IMG/VR virus record: IMGVR_UViG_2548876869_000013
Span: 1-41,985 of that record
DNA: 41,985 nucleotides
Strand: one strand, 5' to 3'
From: a virus
Taxonomy: Duplodnaviria; Heunggongvirae; Uroviricota; Caudoviricetes
Made by a program: the position numbers and the translations under genes. Below, piece after piece: positions 29,987-38,974 of the stretch; positions within the stretch are counted from its first letter, which is position 1; every line of letters begins with the position of its first letter. The notes beneath the pieces were generated by a model, which worked only from the letters and a program-made list of their open reading frames with translations, was not told where the DNA came from and did not search any database.

Positions 29987-31423
29987 TCAGAATCCTCCTT
30001 TCTTCTTGGATTGCGGTTCCTCGCGTTCACGGCGGCGCATTTCAGCAGACTGTTGGTCTGTGTCATAAATAGCGCCATTTGCCTGAATGCAATACACCGT
30101 GCCGGTATTGCCATGACGGTTGAGACGAAGGATTAGTTCGGTTTCACCAGGTGGAACACTGTCATCAAAAGCACCTTCCCGATGGATCCCCACCCAATAA
30201 TCGCAATCCTGTTCAATCTGCCCTGTATCGCGCGAGTCACTTGGTAATGGGCGTTTATTGGTTCGGCTTTCCAATGCGCGGTTAAGCTGTGTCAGAAGCA
30301 CAACAACGCAATCAAGCTCTTTGGCAAGGTTCTTCAGTCCTTTGGTGATCATGCCGTATGCAAGGTCGTTGCGATCGGCCTTTTCAGCGGTCATTAGCGT
30401 CAGGTAATCGACCAGAATCATGCCAACGCATCCTTTTTCTCGTTTGATTCGACGGCTTTCGCTGACGATTTGAGCCAGAGATAATCCCGGCGTGTCGTCG
30501 ATGTAAAGCAGGTCGATTTCACTCAAGCGATTGGCTGTCTCGATCGCCCTGTTGAAGTCACCATCGTAATCACCCTGATAGCCGTCATCAGCGTCATTTG
30601 TCGCCGGAAGGTAAAAAATATTCGGGTTCACACCTGACTTCTGCCCTACCAGTTTTTCCAGTATCTGGTCACCGGGCATTTCAAGGCTGAACATCAGAGC
30701 GGGCTTTTTCTCATGCACTGCGCAGTTGATTGCCATCTGGCTGTATAGCGTCGTTTTCCCCATCTTAGGGCGAGCGCCAATGACAAACAGAGAGCCTTTC
30801 ACCAGACCTTTCGGTGACAGCATCCTGTCCAGCGATGGGATCCCTGTGCTCATTCCCCGTTGTTCGCCTGATGGGTCAAATCGCTTCTCAAGGTCGCTAA
30901 CCCAGTCTTCCATGACCTCACCAAATGAACGAAGGCCGCGACGCGATCCGGTTTTTGCATGGTCTGTCAGTTGCGTGAAAATCGACTGAATAGCTTCGTA
31001 CTTCTGCGTTGCAGTCATTCCGTTGCGGGAATAGAGCAATTCCGTCGCTTCAGTCATGCGGTTGATGGCGTAGCGTTCCATTGCGGTTTCACGAACCTGC
31101 ATTGCATAGGCAACGATGTTTGCGGCGCTTGGCGTGTTCTTTGCGATCTCAGCGATATAAGCAAAACCGCCAACAGACGCCGTTAATGATTTGCGCTCCA
31201 GTTCATCGAAAAGCGTCAGCCCATCTACTGGCTTTTGCTCCCGGTGCATTCTGGTTATTTCATCGAAAATGATTTTGTGTGGTCGGCTGTAAAATGAATC
31301 AGGCTTCAGCATCGCCAGAACTTTCCGGACGCGCTCACTGCTGTCATCATCCAGAAGCAATCCACCAATAACCGCCTGCTCTGCCTCGATGCTATGGGGC
31401 GGCGCATAAAAATTATCGGTCAT
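29987..31423 (-). CDS. Replicative DNA helicase (DnaB-like, P22 gene 12 position)
   Basis: N-terminal DnaB motif PPHSIEAEQAVIGGLLLD; Walker A GARPKMGKT; ATG 31423 with GAGGGTG RBS. Confidence 0.9.
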   Translation of the reverse strand: MTDNFYAPPHSIEAEQAVIGGLLLDDDSSERVRKVLAMLKPDSFYSRPHKIIFDEITRMHREQKPVDGLTLFDELERKSLTASVGGFAYIAEIAKNTPSAANIVAYAMQVRETAMERYAINRMTEATELLYSRNGMTATQKYEAIQSIFTQLTDHAKTGSRRGLRSFGEVMEDWVSDLEKRFDPSGEQRGMSTGIPSLDRMLSPKGLVKGSLFVIGARPKMGKTTLYSQMAINCAVHEKKPALMFSLEMPGDQILEKLVGQKSGVNPNIFYLPATNDADDGYQGDYDGDFNRAIETANRLSEIDLLYIDDTPGLSLAQIVSESRRIKREKGCVGMILVDYLTLMTAEKADRNDLAYGMITKGLKNLAKELDCVVVLLTQLNRALESRTNKRPLPSDSRDTGQIEQDCDYWVGIHREGAFDDSVPPGETELILRLNRHGNTGTVYCIQANGAIYDTDQQSAEMRRREREEPQSKKKGGF

Positions 31424-32240
31424 CGTGTTCACCCTCACGAACTTTCAGGTAGGTATTGTCGTTAAGCAGGAAATCAAATCCCTTTTTGTGCCAGACGGTT
31501 CCGCGTTGATGGTTTGGGCGTTCTTCGAACATCCATCGGCAATTTTCGCCTACGTAGCTCAAATAATTTCTCCAGTCCTGCATCGTGAACCCATGCCCGT
31601 CAAGCTGGCGGGTTATCACTCCGGCTTTGCGCCAGAACGTTCGGATCTGGTTTTTACGCTTGTCATTCAGTGCGCGGATTCTTGGCGCTTCAGGAAGGAT
31701 TTCGTGGTAAGCATCGACAACATCCTGACAGCTAACGGAAGGTTTTTTCTTGTCAGACTTTTTGTCTGCTGTGGCACTCTCTAATACGTCAGTATTAGAG
31801 ATATTATTTATATTATTGTTTATGGACAACCGTTGGACAACCGTTGGACAATCTCCGCTGAGATCCGCGCCATTACTGGTGTTTGCGTTGGACAACCGTT
31901 GGACAACCGTTGGACAATTTTTTGCCTGAAAATCGTCATATTTAACGATTGTAAACAGGCTAAATTTCTTCCCCATCGAGCAAATATTAAGCATCCCTTT
32001 CGACTCAAAAGTCCGTAATAAGCTCCGAACTTTGTTGTCGGGGATGAATGTTTCTCTGACCAGCGACGGGCGTCCAGTTATCATCTGACCGCGATCAACA
32101 GTTATCGGACCGATATCCGTATTGACGACAGTAGATTCGTGATTAGCCTTGAGGATTAAGTGAAGCCAAAGATGTACTGCCTGAGAGTCCTTATAGAGCC
32201 TGCTGTCCATAAACTGGCGGTGTATAGAGACATACCCCAT
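31413..32240 (-). CDS. Replication initiation protein (O-like, P22 gene 18 position) containing ori iterons
   Basis: Start assigned at ATG 32240 (AGGAGG RBS); alternative ATG 32303. Iterons lie inside the coding sequence as in lambda O. Confidence 0.7.
   Translation of the reverse strand: MGYVSIHRQFMDSRLYKDSQAVHLWLHLILKANHESTVVNTDIGPITVDRGQMITGRPSLVRETFIPDNKVRSLLRTFESKGMLNICSMGKKFSLFTIVKYDDFQAKNCPTVVQRLSNANTSNGADLSGDCPTVVQRLSINNNINNISNTDVLESATADKKSDKKKPSVSCQDVVDAYHEILPEAPRIRALNDKRKNQIRTFWRKAGVITRQLDGHGFTMQDWRNYLSYVGENCRWMFEERPNHQRGTVWHKKGFDFLLNDNTYLKVREGEHDDR
31785..31920. repeat. Origin of replication: 11-bp iterons GGACAACCGTT in two clusters plus A/T-rich tract
   Basis: Direct repeats at 31824-31852 and 31888-31918, A/T-rich 31785-31822. 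Confidence 0.75.
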
Positions 32241-32289
32241 ACTGGATGCCTCCTGATGTTGTACAGGGTTATGCCTGTAATCAGCTAAC

Positions 32290-32451
32290 TTAACGACGCC
32301 CATGTTTCACTCCTGCTTTGGCTAGTCTGTAAACACCAACAAGGCGCTCTGCGAACGCCCTGTTATTTGCTGCGGCTACCACTAATCCCTCAGGTGAATC
32401 AGGGTGTCGAATCTCTTCTTTTTCCTGGTATTTCTTACGACGTTTTGTCAT
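32290..32451 (-). CDS. Small basic ORF (53 aa) between cII and O-like gene
   Basis: Not in ORF track; ATG with AGGAG RBS; translation MTKRRKKYQEKEEIRHPDSPEGL..; coding status unverified. Confidence 0.3.
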   Translation of the reverse strand: MTKRRKKYQEKEEIRHPDSPEGLVVAAANNRAFAERLVGVYRLAKAGVKHGRR

Positions 32452-32485
32452 AATGACTCCTGTGGATTGATCCAGTCTTTCTACA

Positions 32486-32764
32486 TCAGGCCTCGAAGAA
32501 TTCGCCGTTCTTCGGGGCTTTTTCTTTTGTCAGCATTCTGGCTACTTTCTTAGCCAGTTCCGCCAACTCCTCGTCTTCAACACCCCATTCAAGAACAGCC
32601 AGAAGCATTCCCATTTTGGGGATGAAGCTGTCTTTCCATCGCGAAATTTGCGATTCATTAATCCCTAACGCGTCGGCAACCTTTCGCTGACCACGTACAG
32701 CAATTCGATTCAGGATGTTGCTTGTAATTGCATTCGCTTTCTTGCGAGTACTTGTAAGTTCCAT
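32486..32764 (-). CDS. c1: cII-like transcriptional activator (P22 c1 equivalent)
   Basis: ATG 32764 with AAGGAAA RBS; ALGINESQISRWKDSFIPKMGMLLAVLEWGV matches lambda CII core. Longer track ORF rejected because it overlaps nutR. Confidence 0.85.
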   Translation of the reverse strand: MELTSTRKKANAITSNILNRIAVRGQRKVADALGINESQISRWKDSFIPKMGMLLAVLEWGVEDEELAELAKKVARMLTKEKAPKNGEFFEA

Positions 32765-32817
32765 ATGTAAGTATTTCCTTAACAAATAAGAAGTTATGCG
32801 CATCAACTTATGTGCGT

Positions 32818-32866
32818 TGTATTCCCGCATTTCGGCGGGAATGAGGACCATGACTGTTAAAGAGCA
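32818..32866 (-). promoter_or_regulatory. nutR-like site (boxA GCTCTTTAACA + boxB hairpin)
   Basis: Minus strand GCUCUUUAACA then UCCCGCCGAAAUGCGGGA; identical pair found in the PL leader. Confidence 0.55.
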
Positions 32867-32872
32867 ATTTGC

Positions 32873-33058
32873 TTATGCCGCTTTGCGGTAAGCGCTTTCT
32901 TGATACTTCAGGGCGCCAGCTGTAACGACTTCCAGTCGATAGGCGTCTTTCTCTGGGATGACTTCCTTCCACTGAGAGACTGCTGCGTCGCTAATGCCTA
33001 ACGCTTTAGCTACAGCACGCTGGGTTCCGAAGTGGTCGATAACATCTTTCTTGTACAT
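32873..33058 (-). CDS. cro: Cro repressor, P22-type
   Basis: 61 aa MYKKDVIDHFGTQRAVAKALGISDAAVSQWKEVIPEKDAYRLE.. essentially matches recalled P22 Cro. Confidence 0.95.
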   Translation of the reverse strand: MYKKDVIDHFGTQRAVAKALGISDAAVSQWKEVIPEKDAYRLEVVTAGALKYQESAYRKAA

Positions 33059-33064
33059 AGACTC

Positions 33065-33138
33065 GCTCCGAAATTAAAGAACACTTAAATTATCCACCAA
33101 AGGAATCTTAAGTCAAGTTTATTTAAGATGTCTTAACT
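33065..33138. promoter_or_regulatory. OR operators with divergent PR/PRM
   Basis: P22-type 18-bp operator-like palindromes ATTAAAGAACACTTAAAT (33073-33090) and ATTTAAGATGTCTTAACT (33121-33138). Confidence 0.65.
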
Positions 33139-33789
33139 ATGAAAACTCAATTGATGGGAGAGCGCATTCGCGCTCGGAGAAAAGAACTCAAGATCAGGCA
33201 GGCCGCACTTGGAAAGATGGTCGGCGTGTCTAATGTTGCCATATCTCAGTGGGAACGCTCTGAGACAGAGCCAAATGGAGAGAATCTTCTCGCCCTGGCT
33301 AATGCGTTGAAGTGTTCCCCTGACTATCTGATGAAAGGAGAGGAAAGTCTTTCAAACATTGCCTATCACAGTAGGCATGATCCAAGAGGGTCATACCCTC
33401 TGATTAGCTGGGTGAGCGCAGGATGCTGGATGGAAGCTGTAGAACCATATCATAAGCGTGCAATAGATAACTGGTACGATACAACCGTAGACTGTTCAGA
33501 AGATTCGTTTTGGTTGGACGTGAAGGGAGACTCAATGACGGCTCCGGCCGGTCTCAGTATCCCTGAAGGAATGATAATACTCGTCGATCCTGAAGTAGAG
33601 CCGCGTAACGGGAAACTGGTAGTTGCAAAGCTCGAAGGAGAAAACGAGGCAACTTTCAAGAAGTTAGTTATTGATGCAGGCAGGAAGTTTCTAAAACCAC
33701 TTAACCCACAATATCCGATGATCGAGATCAACGGAAACTGCAAAATCATCGGCGTAGTTGTCGATGCAAAACTAGCAAACCTTCCATAA
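33139..33789 (+). CDS. c2: C2 repressor, P22-type, with LexA-like autocleavage domain
   Basis: 216 aa; HTH region and C-terminal S24-like domain closely match recalled P22 C2. Confidence 0.95.
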   Translation: MKTQLMGERIRARRKELKIRQAALGKMVGVSNVAISQWERSETEPNGENLLALANALKCSPDYLMKGEESLSNIAYHSRHDPRGSYPLISWVSAGCWMEAVEPYHKRAIDNWYDTTVDCSEDSFWLDVKGDSMTAPAGLSIPEGMIILVDPEVEPRNGKLVVAKLEGENEATFKKLVIDAGRKFLKPLNPQYPMIEINGNCKIIGVVVDAKLANLP

Positions 33790-33790
33790 G

Positions 33791-33812
33791 GGGGCATTCG
33801 CCCCTTTTTTTT
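33791..33812 (+). terminator. Rho-independent terminator after c2
   Basis: GGGGCATTCGCCCC followed by TTTTTTTT. Confidence 0.75.
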
Positions 33813-33829
33813 ATTTCCTTTAAAAATCA

Positions 33830-33911
33830 AAGCCAAACTTAAGTCACGAAAGAAAATTTAAGTTTTCTTCAAAAATATTCTTGACCGTTAATTAAAGAGA
33901 TCTTAAATTTA
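33830..33911 (+). promoter_or_regulatory. OL operators and PL promoter
   Basis: Operator ATTAAAGAGATCTTAAAT (33891-33908); -35 TTGACC (33881-33886), 17-nt spacer, -10 TAAATT (33904-33909). Confidence 0.6.
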
Positions 33912-33954
33912 AGCCATCAGCAGGACGCTGGTAGCCAAACGGAATAGATTGGCA

Positions 33955-33996
33955 GGCTCTTTAACATTGATGGGATTGTCCCGCCGAAATGCGGGA
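33955..33996 (+). promoter_or_regulatory. nutL-like site (boxA + boxB)
   Basis: GCTCTTTAACA (33955-33965) and hairpin TCCCGCCGAAATGCGGGA (33979-33996), same as nutR. Confidence 0.55.
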
Positions 33997-34560
33997 ACTG
34001 AGTTTAACCAAACAGGAGGTGCCGTAATGGTGCACTAACGCGGTTAGACCGCAGCCGAAAGGCAATGCAGCAGTAATGATGCTGCCCCGAGTCGCGTAAT
34101 GGCGAGCAGGTTTAGCAGACCGATGTGAGGGTAAATAAGGGAACATGCTCCGGAAAGGCAGCGCGAATGCCAGACGCGCACCGGTTATCAGCGGCTAATA
34201 AGCGACAGAGACTCAAGGGCATGAGCGCGCTCACTGCGAGAGTGTGAGTCAAAGAGTAGTTGGCTTTGGGGTGACGTGAAGTGCAGCTGCACGACGGCAA
34301 CCGGAAGATAAGCACCCGGCGCGTCACCGCCAAAGTCAATTCCATAGGCGTTATGCAGCCGCCACCATATTCAAGAAAGCTGCACAAGAGGTAGGAGGAT
34401 TTATGTGAATACTTACATTCAATTGAGAGATTAATTAAATAGAACTGATCGAGCAGAGTCCATAAAGGCTCATAAATGCTCTTCCATCCCCGTCTAATTG
34501 GCGGGGAAGGAAACCACTTTGTAATAAAAAAATTCCAAAGTTGTTTCATCGGAGGTCAAC

Positions 34561-34860
34561 ATGACAGTAGTCATTACATATCTGGCTGACGATAACGCCA
34601 GAAATCGCCGCAGAGCACACAGACAGGCTCAACGTGAACAGGCAATGCAAGAACAGCGACTGGCGCGAAAGATTGCGCTAAAGCTCTCTGGTTGCGTCAG
34701 AGCAGATAAAGCAGCATCACTCGGAAGCCTTCGCTGCAAGAAGGCAGAAGAAGTAGAGAGTAAACAGAATCGTATTTACTACCGCAAGCCACGCAGTGAA
34801 ATGGGTGTGACTTGTGTTGGTCGCCAGAAAATGAAATTAGGCAGCAAACCACTTATTTGA
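34561..34860 (+). CDS. N-like antitermination protein
   Basis: 99 aa; N-terminal arginine-rich motif DNARNRRRAHRQAQREQ; GGAGG RBS; first gene of PL operon. Confidence 0.7.
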   Translation: MTVVITYLADDNARNRRRAHRQAQREQAMQEQRLARKIALKLSGCVRADKAASLGSLRCKKAEEVESKQNRIYYRKPRSEMGVTCVGRQKMKLGSKPLI

Positions 34861-34868
34861 GGTGAGAT

Positions 34869-35339
34869 ATGACAAAATCATGGAGCGTACCTTTTCCTGA
34901 ATCAGAAACTGAACATGATGGAATGCCTGTTTTCTGGAGATTCCAGGCGACAGTTGAAGAAGATGGGATAAAAATATTCGCACTTCAATATATAGCTTTT
35001 CATCAGACAGAGCATTATGCATGGTTGGTTCCTGCGCATTGGATTGTTAATTTTAAACCAGCACCAAATCAGTGGTTACAGGAATGGAAACAAAGGAGAA
35101 ATAGATATGCAATTAAGAAAGTAGCAAAAAATGCAGAAAGATCTTTTGCATTCCCAACGAAGAAACTTGCCATTGAGAGTTTATTGCGCCGGAAGAAATA
35201 CCATTTAATGAGAATCAAACAAGATTTGGCTGTTGTATCAACTCTTGTTGATGGGATGAAGAATATTGATACATCAACACCAGATATTGAATATAACTTT
35301 GGGCACAACCAAGAAACAGAAAATTGGGTATTTTATTAG
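34869..35339 (+). CDS. Hypothetical AT-rich early-left moron protein (156 aa)
   Basis: GAGGTGAG RBS; composition much more AT-rich than neighbours; no family recognised. Confidence 0.55.
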   Translation: MTKSWSVPFPESETEHDGMPVFWRFQATVEEDGIKIFALQYIAFHQTEHYAWLVPAHWIVNFKPAPNQWLQEWKQRRNRYAIKKVAKNAERSFAFPTKKLAIESLLRRKKYHLMRIKQDLAVVSTLVDGMKNIDTSTPDIEYNFGHNQETENWVFY

Positions 35340-35443
35340 TACGAGTAAGCACTGTGTATTCATTCCAACGAGTGAATACACGGAGCAATGTCGCTCGTAA
35401 CTAAACAGGAGCCGACTTGTTCTGATTATTGGAAATCTTCTTT

Positions 35444-35468
35444 GCCCTCCAGTGTGAGGGCCTTTTTA
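35444..35468 (+). terminator. Terminator between the 156-aa gene and cIII
   Basis: GCCCTC-CAGTGT-GAGGGC then CTTTTTAT. Confidence 0.55.
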
Positions 35469-35533
35469 TATGCATACCAATAACGCTTCACTCGAGGCGT
35501 TTTCGTTATGCAATCAAACAGAAGGAGCATCCT

Positions 35534-35704
35534 ATGCAACAGTTCGCTATTGCAGGGGCGGCATCGGTTCGCCCTTTCAACCCGATTTTATCGGTACAGC
35601 ATTCACGAAAAAATATTTTAACCGGAGCAGACTTTAAACAACCAAGAATGAAAAGTTTGCTCGAAAAGCTTTGGGATATTTTGAAACAACAAGGCCGTCC
35701 ATGA
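35534..35704 (+). CDS. c3: cIII-like protein
   Basis: 56 aa; MQQFAIAG.. and ..KSLLEKLWDILKQQGRP resemble lambda CIII; AAGGAG RBS. Confidence 0.7.
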   Translation: MQQFAIAGAASVRPFNPILSVQHSRKNILTGADFKQPRMKSLLEKLWDILKQQGRP

Positions 35705-35871
35705 GTTTTACAGATAACTGGTCAGACGAAGAATTCATTCGTCAGATGAAAGAATTAATCGGTAACGAAGGAGATATTCATGTCACTTGCAACCACAGTG
35801 AAGGAGAGCAAGTTACAGAGACGCATGTACACGCAGCAGGCGTTAATGTATCGCCAGAAGGGAGATCGTGA
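35701..35871 (+). CDS. Small hypothetical protein (56 aa), translationally coupled to cIII
   Basis: ATGA start/stop overlap with cIII; no family recognised. Confidence 0.4.
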   Translation: MSFTDNWSDEEFIRQMKELIGNEGDIHVTCNHSEGEQVTETHVHAAGVNVSPEGRS

Positions 35872-35960
35872 AGGTGTTCGCGTATTTTTAAATGCGGCAA
35901 AGACTGAAGTATTAAATCAGCGTTATTTCCTTGGGCCATGCCCATTCTGAGAACAAACAT

Positions 35961-36566
35961 ATGAGCAAAGAATTTTACGCAAGACTGGCAGCTATTCAGG
36001 AGAACTTGAACGCGCCAAAGAATCAGTACAACTCATTCGGTAAATATAAATACAGAAGCTGCGAAGACATTCTTGAAGGCGTTAAGCCGTTACTGAATGG
36101 CCTGTTTTTATCAATCAGCGATGAAGTTGTGTTGATTGGTGATCGGTATTACGTGAAAGCCACGGCAACTATTACCGATGGCGAAAACAGTCATACGGCA
36201 ACCGCTCTTGCACGAGAGGAAGAAAGCAAGAAAGGAATGGATTCTGCACAAGTTACGGGAGCTACAAGCTCTTATGCACGCAAGTATTGCCTCAATGGTT
36301 TGTTCGGCATTGATGATGCGAAAGATGCAGATACCGACGAGCATAAACATCAGCAGAACGCAGCAGCAAAGCAATCAAAACCATCACCTACACCTGAACA
36401 GGTTCTAAAAGCATTCACTGACGCAGCATTGCAGAAAAACACCGTGGAAGAGCTTAAACAGGCGTTCGCCAAAGCGTGGAAGATGCTCGAAGGCACACCG
36501 GAGCAGCACAAAGCGCAGGACGTTTACAACATCAGACGAGACGAATTAGAAGGAGCTGCTGCTTAA
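35961..36566 (+). CDS. erf: Erf single-strand annealing recombinase, P22-type
   Basis: MSKEFYARLAAIQENLNAPKNQYNSFGKYKYRSCEDILEGVKPLL.. matches recalled P22 Erf. Confidence 0.85.
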   Translation: MSKEFYARLAAIQENLNAPKNQYNSFGKYKYRSCEDILEGVKPLLNGLFLSISDEVVLIGDRYYVKATATITDGENSHTATALAREEESKKGMDSAQVTGATSSYARKYCLNGLFGIDDAKDADTDEHKHQQNAAAKQSKPSPTPEQVLKAFTDAALQKNTVEELKQAFAKAWKMLEGTPEQHKAQDVYNIRRDELEGAAA

Positions 36567-36949
36567 TGGCACATTCGATTACTGTAAGACTAAACAAGCC
36601 CGCAAGAGAGTTTCAGGCCGGGGAAAATATCGGATTCAACATCCGTGCTGGCGTTCAGTATTACGATCGCCAGACAAAAAAGAAAGAATGGACAAACTAC
36701 AGCACCGTTGTATTTGCCAAGCCGGGAGCGCAAGCGGATTACTACCGTAGTGTTCTTGTTGAAGGTGGCATTGTGGAAATTACCGGAGAAAACATCAGGG
36801 TTGATGTTTATCAGGGGCAAAATGGTCAATCCATCACTCTTGAATTACTGAATGCAAAGATTGGATTTGCAACTTCAGGAAACAGCCCGCAGCAGCAAAG
36901 TAGTAACCAGCAGAACACTCCTGTATACGACGATTCCATCCCATTCTGA
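36566..36949 (+). CDS. Single-stranded DNA-binding protein (SSB-like)
   Basis: OB-fold-like N-terminal region, Gln/Ser-rich linker and acidic tail ending DDSIPF; TAATG overlap with erf. Confidence 0.7.
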   Translation: MAHSITVRLNKPAREFQAGENIGFNIRAGVQYYDRQTKKKEWTNYSTVVFAKPGAQADYYRSVLVEGGIVEITGENIRVDVYQGQNGQSITLELLNAKIGFATSGNSPQQQSSNQQNTPVYDDSIPF

Positions 36950-36972
36950 TTTAGAAAAATAAGGATTTAATT

Positions 36973-37269
36973 ATGCCAGCGCCTCTGTATGGTGCGGATG
37001 ACCCGCGCCGCTGTTCCGGCAATTCCGTATCGGAGGTGCTGGATAAATTCAGGAAAAACTACGACCTGATAATGTCGCTACCGCAGGAAACGAAAGAGGA
37101 AAAGGAATTTCGCCATTGTATATGGCTTGCAGAGAAAGAAGAACGCGAGCGAATTTACCAGACATCAATCCGACCATTCCGCAAAGCCACATACACCCAC
37201 TTCCCTGAATATATCGACCCGCGCCTGCGTAATTACCGCTCACGCTATGGCGCTATCAGTAATGACTGA
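36973..37269 (+). CDS. Hypothetical protein (98 aa); possibly Abc2-like anti-RecBCD, unverified
   Basis: Position and size fit P22 abc2 but I cannot verify the sequence from memory. Confidence 0.45.
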   Translation: MPAPLYGADDPRRCSGNSVSEVLDKFRKNYDLIMSLPQETKEEKEFRHCIWLAEKEERERIYQTSIRPFRKATYTHFPEYIDPRLRNYRSRYGAISND

Positions 37270-37279
37270 GGAATTAACA

Positions 37280-37570
37280 ATGAAAACAATGAAGCTAAAC
37301 ATCGACCTCGGAAAATACGTTATTACCGGAACAAAACACGATCTGATTCTTAGCGAAAGAGGAATTATCAAAGAAGACGAGAATGCAGGGAAAGAAACAC
37401 TAAGTCGTATCGGTTATTACAGCAAGTTTGAGCATCTGGTTAAAGAGTTATGCAACCGTGAAATCCTGTTATCTCAGGCGCAGACGCTACAGGATATTCA
37501 GCAGCATATCGAGACTTTAGGTGTGTCACTTAGCATGGCTATTGACCAGTTCGTGGAGAGTAAATCATGA
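37280..37570 (+). CDS. Hypothetical protein (96 aa)
   Basis: ATG with GAGGAA RBS, in frame within ORF 37127-37570. Confidence 0.45.
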   Translation: MKTMKLNIDLGKYVITGTKHDLILSERGIIKEDENAGKETLSRIGYYSKFEHLVKELCNREILLSQAQTLQDIQQHIETLGVSLSMAIDQFVESKS

Positions 37571-37734
37571 GAGGACTTGCATACAATCCCGGCATTCTTC
37601 CGGCAGAAATGATTATTCGCCAGCGCGTAAAGCCAATGCCATCGAGAGAGGAATTGCTTAAGAGAAATTCTTTTCCATCAGTGAATCAAAACAAATATCT
37701 GAATGCGATGTGGCGTAAAGGAGGCAACCAGTGA
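37567..37734 (+). CDS. Small hypothetical ORF (55 aa)
   Basis: Not in ORF track; ATGA overlap with upstream stop and with downstream GTG start. Confidence 0.3.
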   Translation: MRGLAYNPGILPAEMIIRQRVKPMPSREELLKRNSFPSVNQNKYLNAMWRKGGNQ

Positions 37735-38402
37735 GCAAGATTGACTATCAGGCACTGCGTGAGTTAGCAAAACAGGCAACACAGGGCGAATGGGTCGCAT
37801 TCATTTCGCCGGGCACTGATACATATGCGGTGCATACGCCGGGGGATGAACGTTGCGGAGACATTATCAAATGGCCTGGCTTTGACGGCCAGAAAAATGC
37901 AGAGAACAACGCAGAATTTATCGCAGCTTTCAACCCTAAAGTAGTGCAGGCACTGCTGGATGAACGGGAAAGAAACCAGCAATATATCAAACGCCGCGAC
38001 CAGGAGAACGAGGACATTGCGCTAACGGTAGGGAAGCTGCGTGTTGAGCTTGAGGAGACAAAATCAAAACTCAACGAGCAGCGTAAGTATTACGAAGGTG
38101 TTATCTCGGATGGAAGTAAGCGCATAGCAGAACTGGAAGCACGGGAAATAAAACCAGCCAAAGGTGAAGTTCTTGTCGTTGTTTCTGGTTTTACTGGTTG
38201 CGGAAAAAGCGCCATTGCCGGGGAAATAGAAATCGCGATGAAGGCTATTGGTGTACCGGTTCAGTGGACTAATGGCGATGCGGAAAAGCGCATGACAGGA
38301 GCTGACTGGCTGACAGCGATTGAGATGTACAAACCAACAGTGCGCATCGTGGAAGTTAATGTGCCACGCGCCGCAGGCATTCGCATCAAAGAGGGTGAGT
38401 AG
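37731..38402 (+). CDS. Ead/Ea22-like protein
   Basis: N-terminus [23 protein letters not shown] typical of Ead/Ea22-like proteins; coiled-coil middle. Confidence 0.7.
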   Translation: MSKIDYQALRELAKQATQGEWVAFISPGTDTYAVHTPGDERCGDIIKWPGFDGQKNAENNAEFIAAFNPKVVQALLDERERNQQYIKRRDQENEDIALTVGKLRVELEETKSKLNEQRKYYEGVISDGSKRIAELEAREIKPAKGEVLVVVSGFTGCGKSAIAGEIEIAMKAIGVPVQWTNGDAEKRMTGADWLTAIEMYKPTVRIVEVNVPRAAGIRIKEGE

Positions 38403-38574
38403 TGCGTGTGGCATGTATCGGCTTGTTACCGTACCCGACTCGTTTTTGGGCTTCTGCGCTAATTGCAAAGCCACATGTCCTGATAGCTGACAACATCATC
38501 CCGGCACCAAAGCGCCGCCATACCGGTATTGCAGCGGCACGACGAGCAGCAAAGAGACGCAGGAGAGCAAAACG

Positions 38575-38763
38575 ATGAAAAACCGTAAAGCAAAGATTCT
38601 GTTAGCTCGCAGAAACGGTGTTGGGGTCTGGCGATGGGTGAGGATTAGTAACAGACGAGTGAGGTTGATGGGGTGTTGCGGGGTGATGGGTCACAGTTGT
38701 TGCAAAAAGCCCAGCGCGGCGCAAAACCGCTGGAAAAACTACTTGCGGACTAAAGGAGAGTGA
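38575..38763 (+). CDS. Small basic, Cys-containing hypothetical ORF (62 aa)
   Basis: ATG overlaps upstream frame stop; coding uncertain. Confidence 0.3.
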   Translation: MKNRKAKILLARRNGVGVWRWVRISNRRVRLMGCCGVMGHSCCKKPSAAQNRWKNYLRTKGE

Positions 38764-38764
38764 T

Positions 38765-38974
38765 ATGGCTATCGCTGCAAGTTACACCATGCATCTCTAT
38801 TGTGATTGTCGCCAGTGTACGGAAGGTGTATATCCAGTGCCAGACTTCGGTGAGTATATCGGTACGTCATGGTCTGGTTGTGCAAAAGAGGCCCGTAAAG
38901 ACGGGTGGCGAATAAGCAAAGACAAAACACGTACTTTTGCGCCCGGGCATAAAGTTTTGAGGATTAACACATGA
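38765..38974 (+). CDS. Small Cys-rich hypothetical protein (69 aa)
   Basis: AAGGAGAG RBS; CDC..QC and later Cys suggest metal binding. Confidence 0.4.
   Translation: MAIAASYTMHLYCDCRQCTEGVYPVPDFGEYIGTSWSGCAKEARKDGWRISKDKTRTFAPGHKVLRINT

Noticed and set aside
32486-32851. 121-aa version of the cII ORF
   Set aside because: Upstream extension overlaps the nutR boxA/boxB; ATG 32764 with a good RBS gives a lambda-CII-sized protein.
34112-34549. 145-aa minus-strand ORF spanning the nutL-N leader
   Set aside because: Cys/Ser/Leu-rich non-protein-like translation, no RBS, antisense to the PL transcript; more likely chance open frame in a GC-rich structured region.
36476-36949. 157-aa version of the SSB-like ORF with an Arg-rich N-terminal extension
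   Set aside because: Extension overlaps the erf 3' end in another frame; ATG at 36566 (TAATG coupling) gives a typical SSB length.
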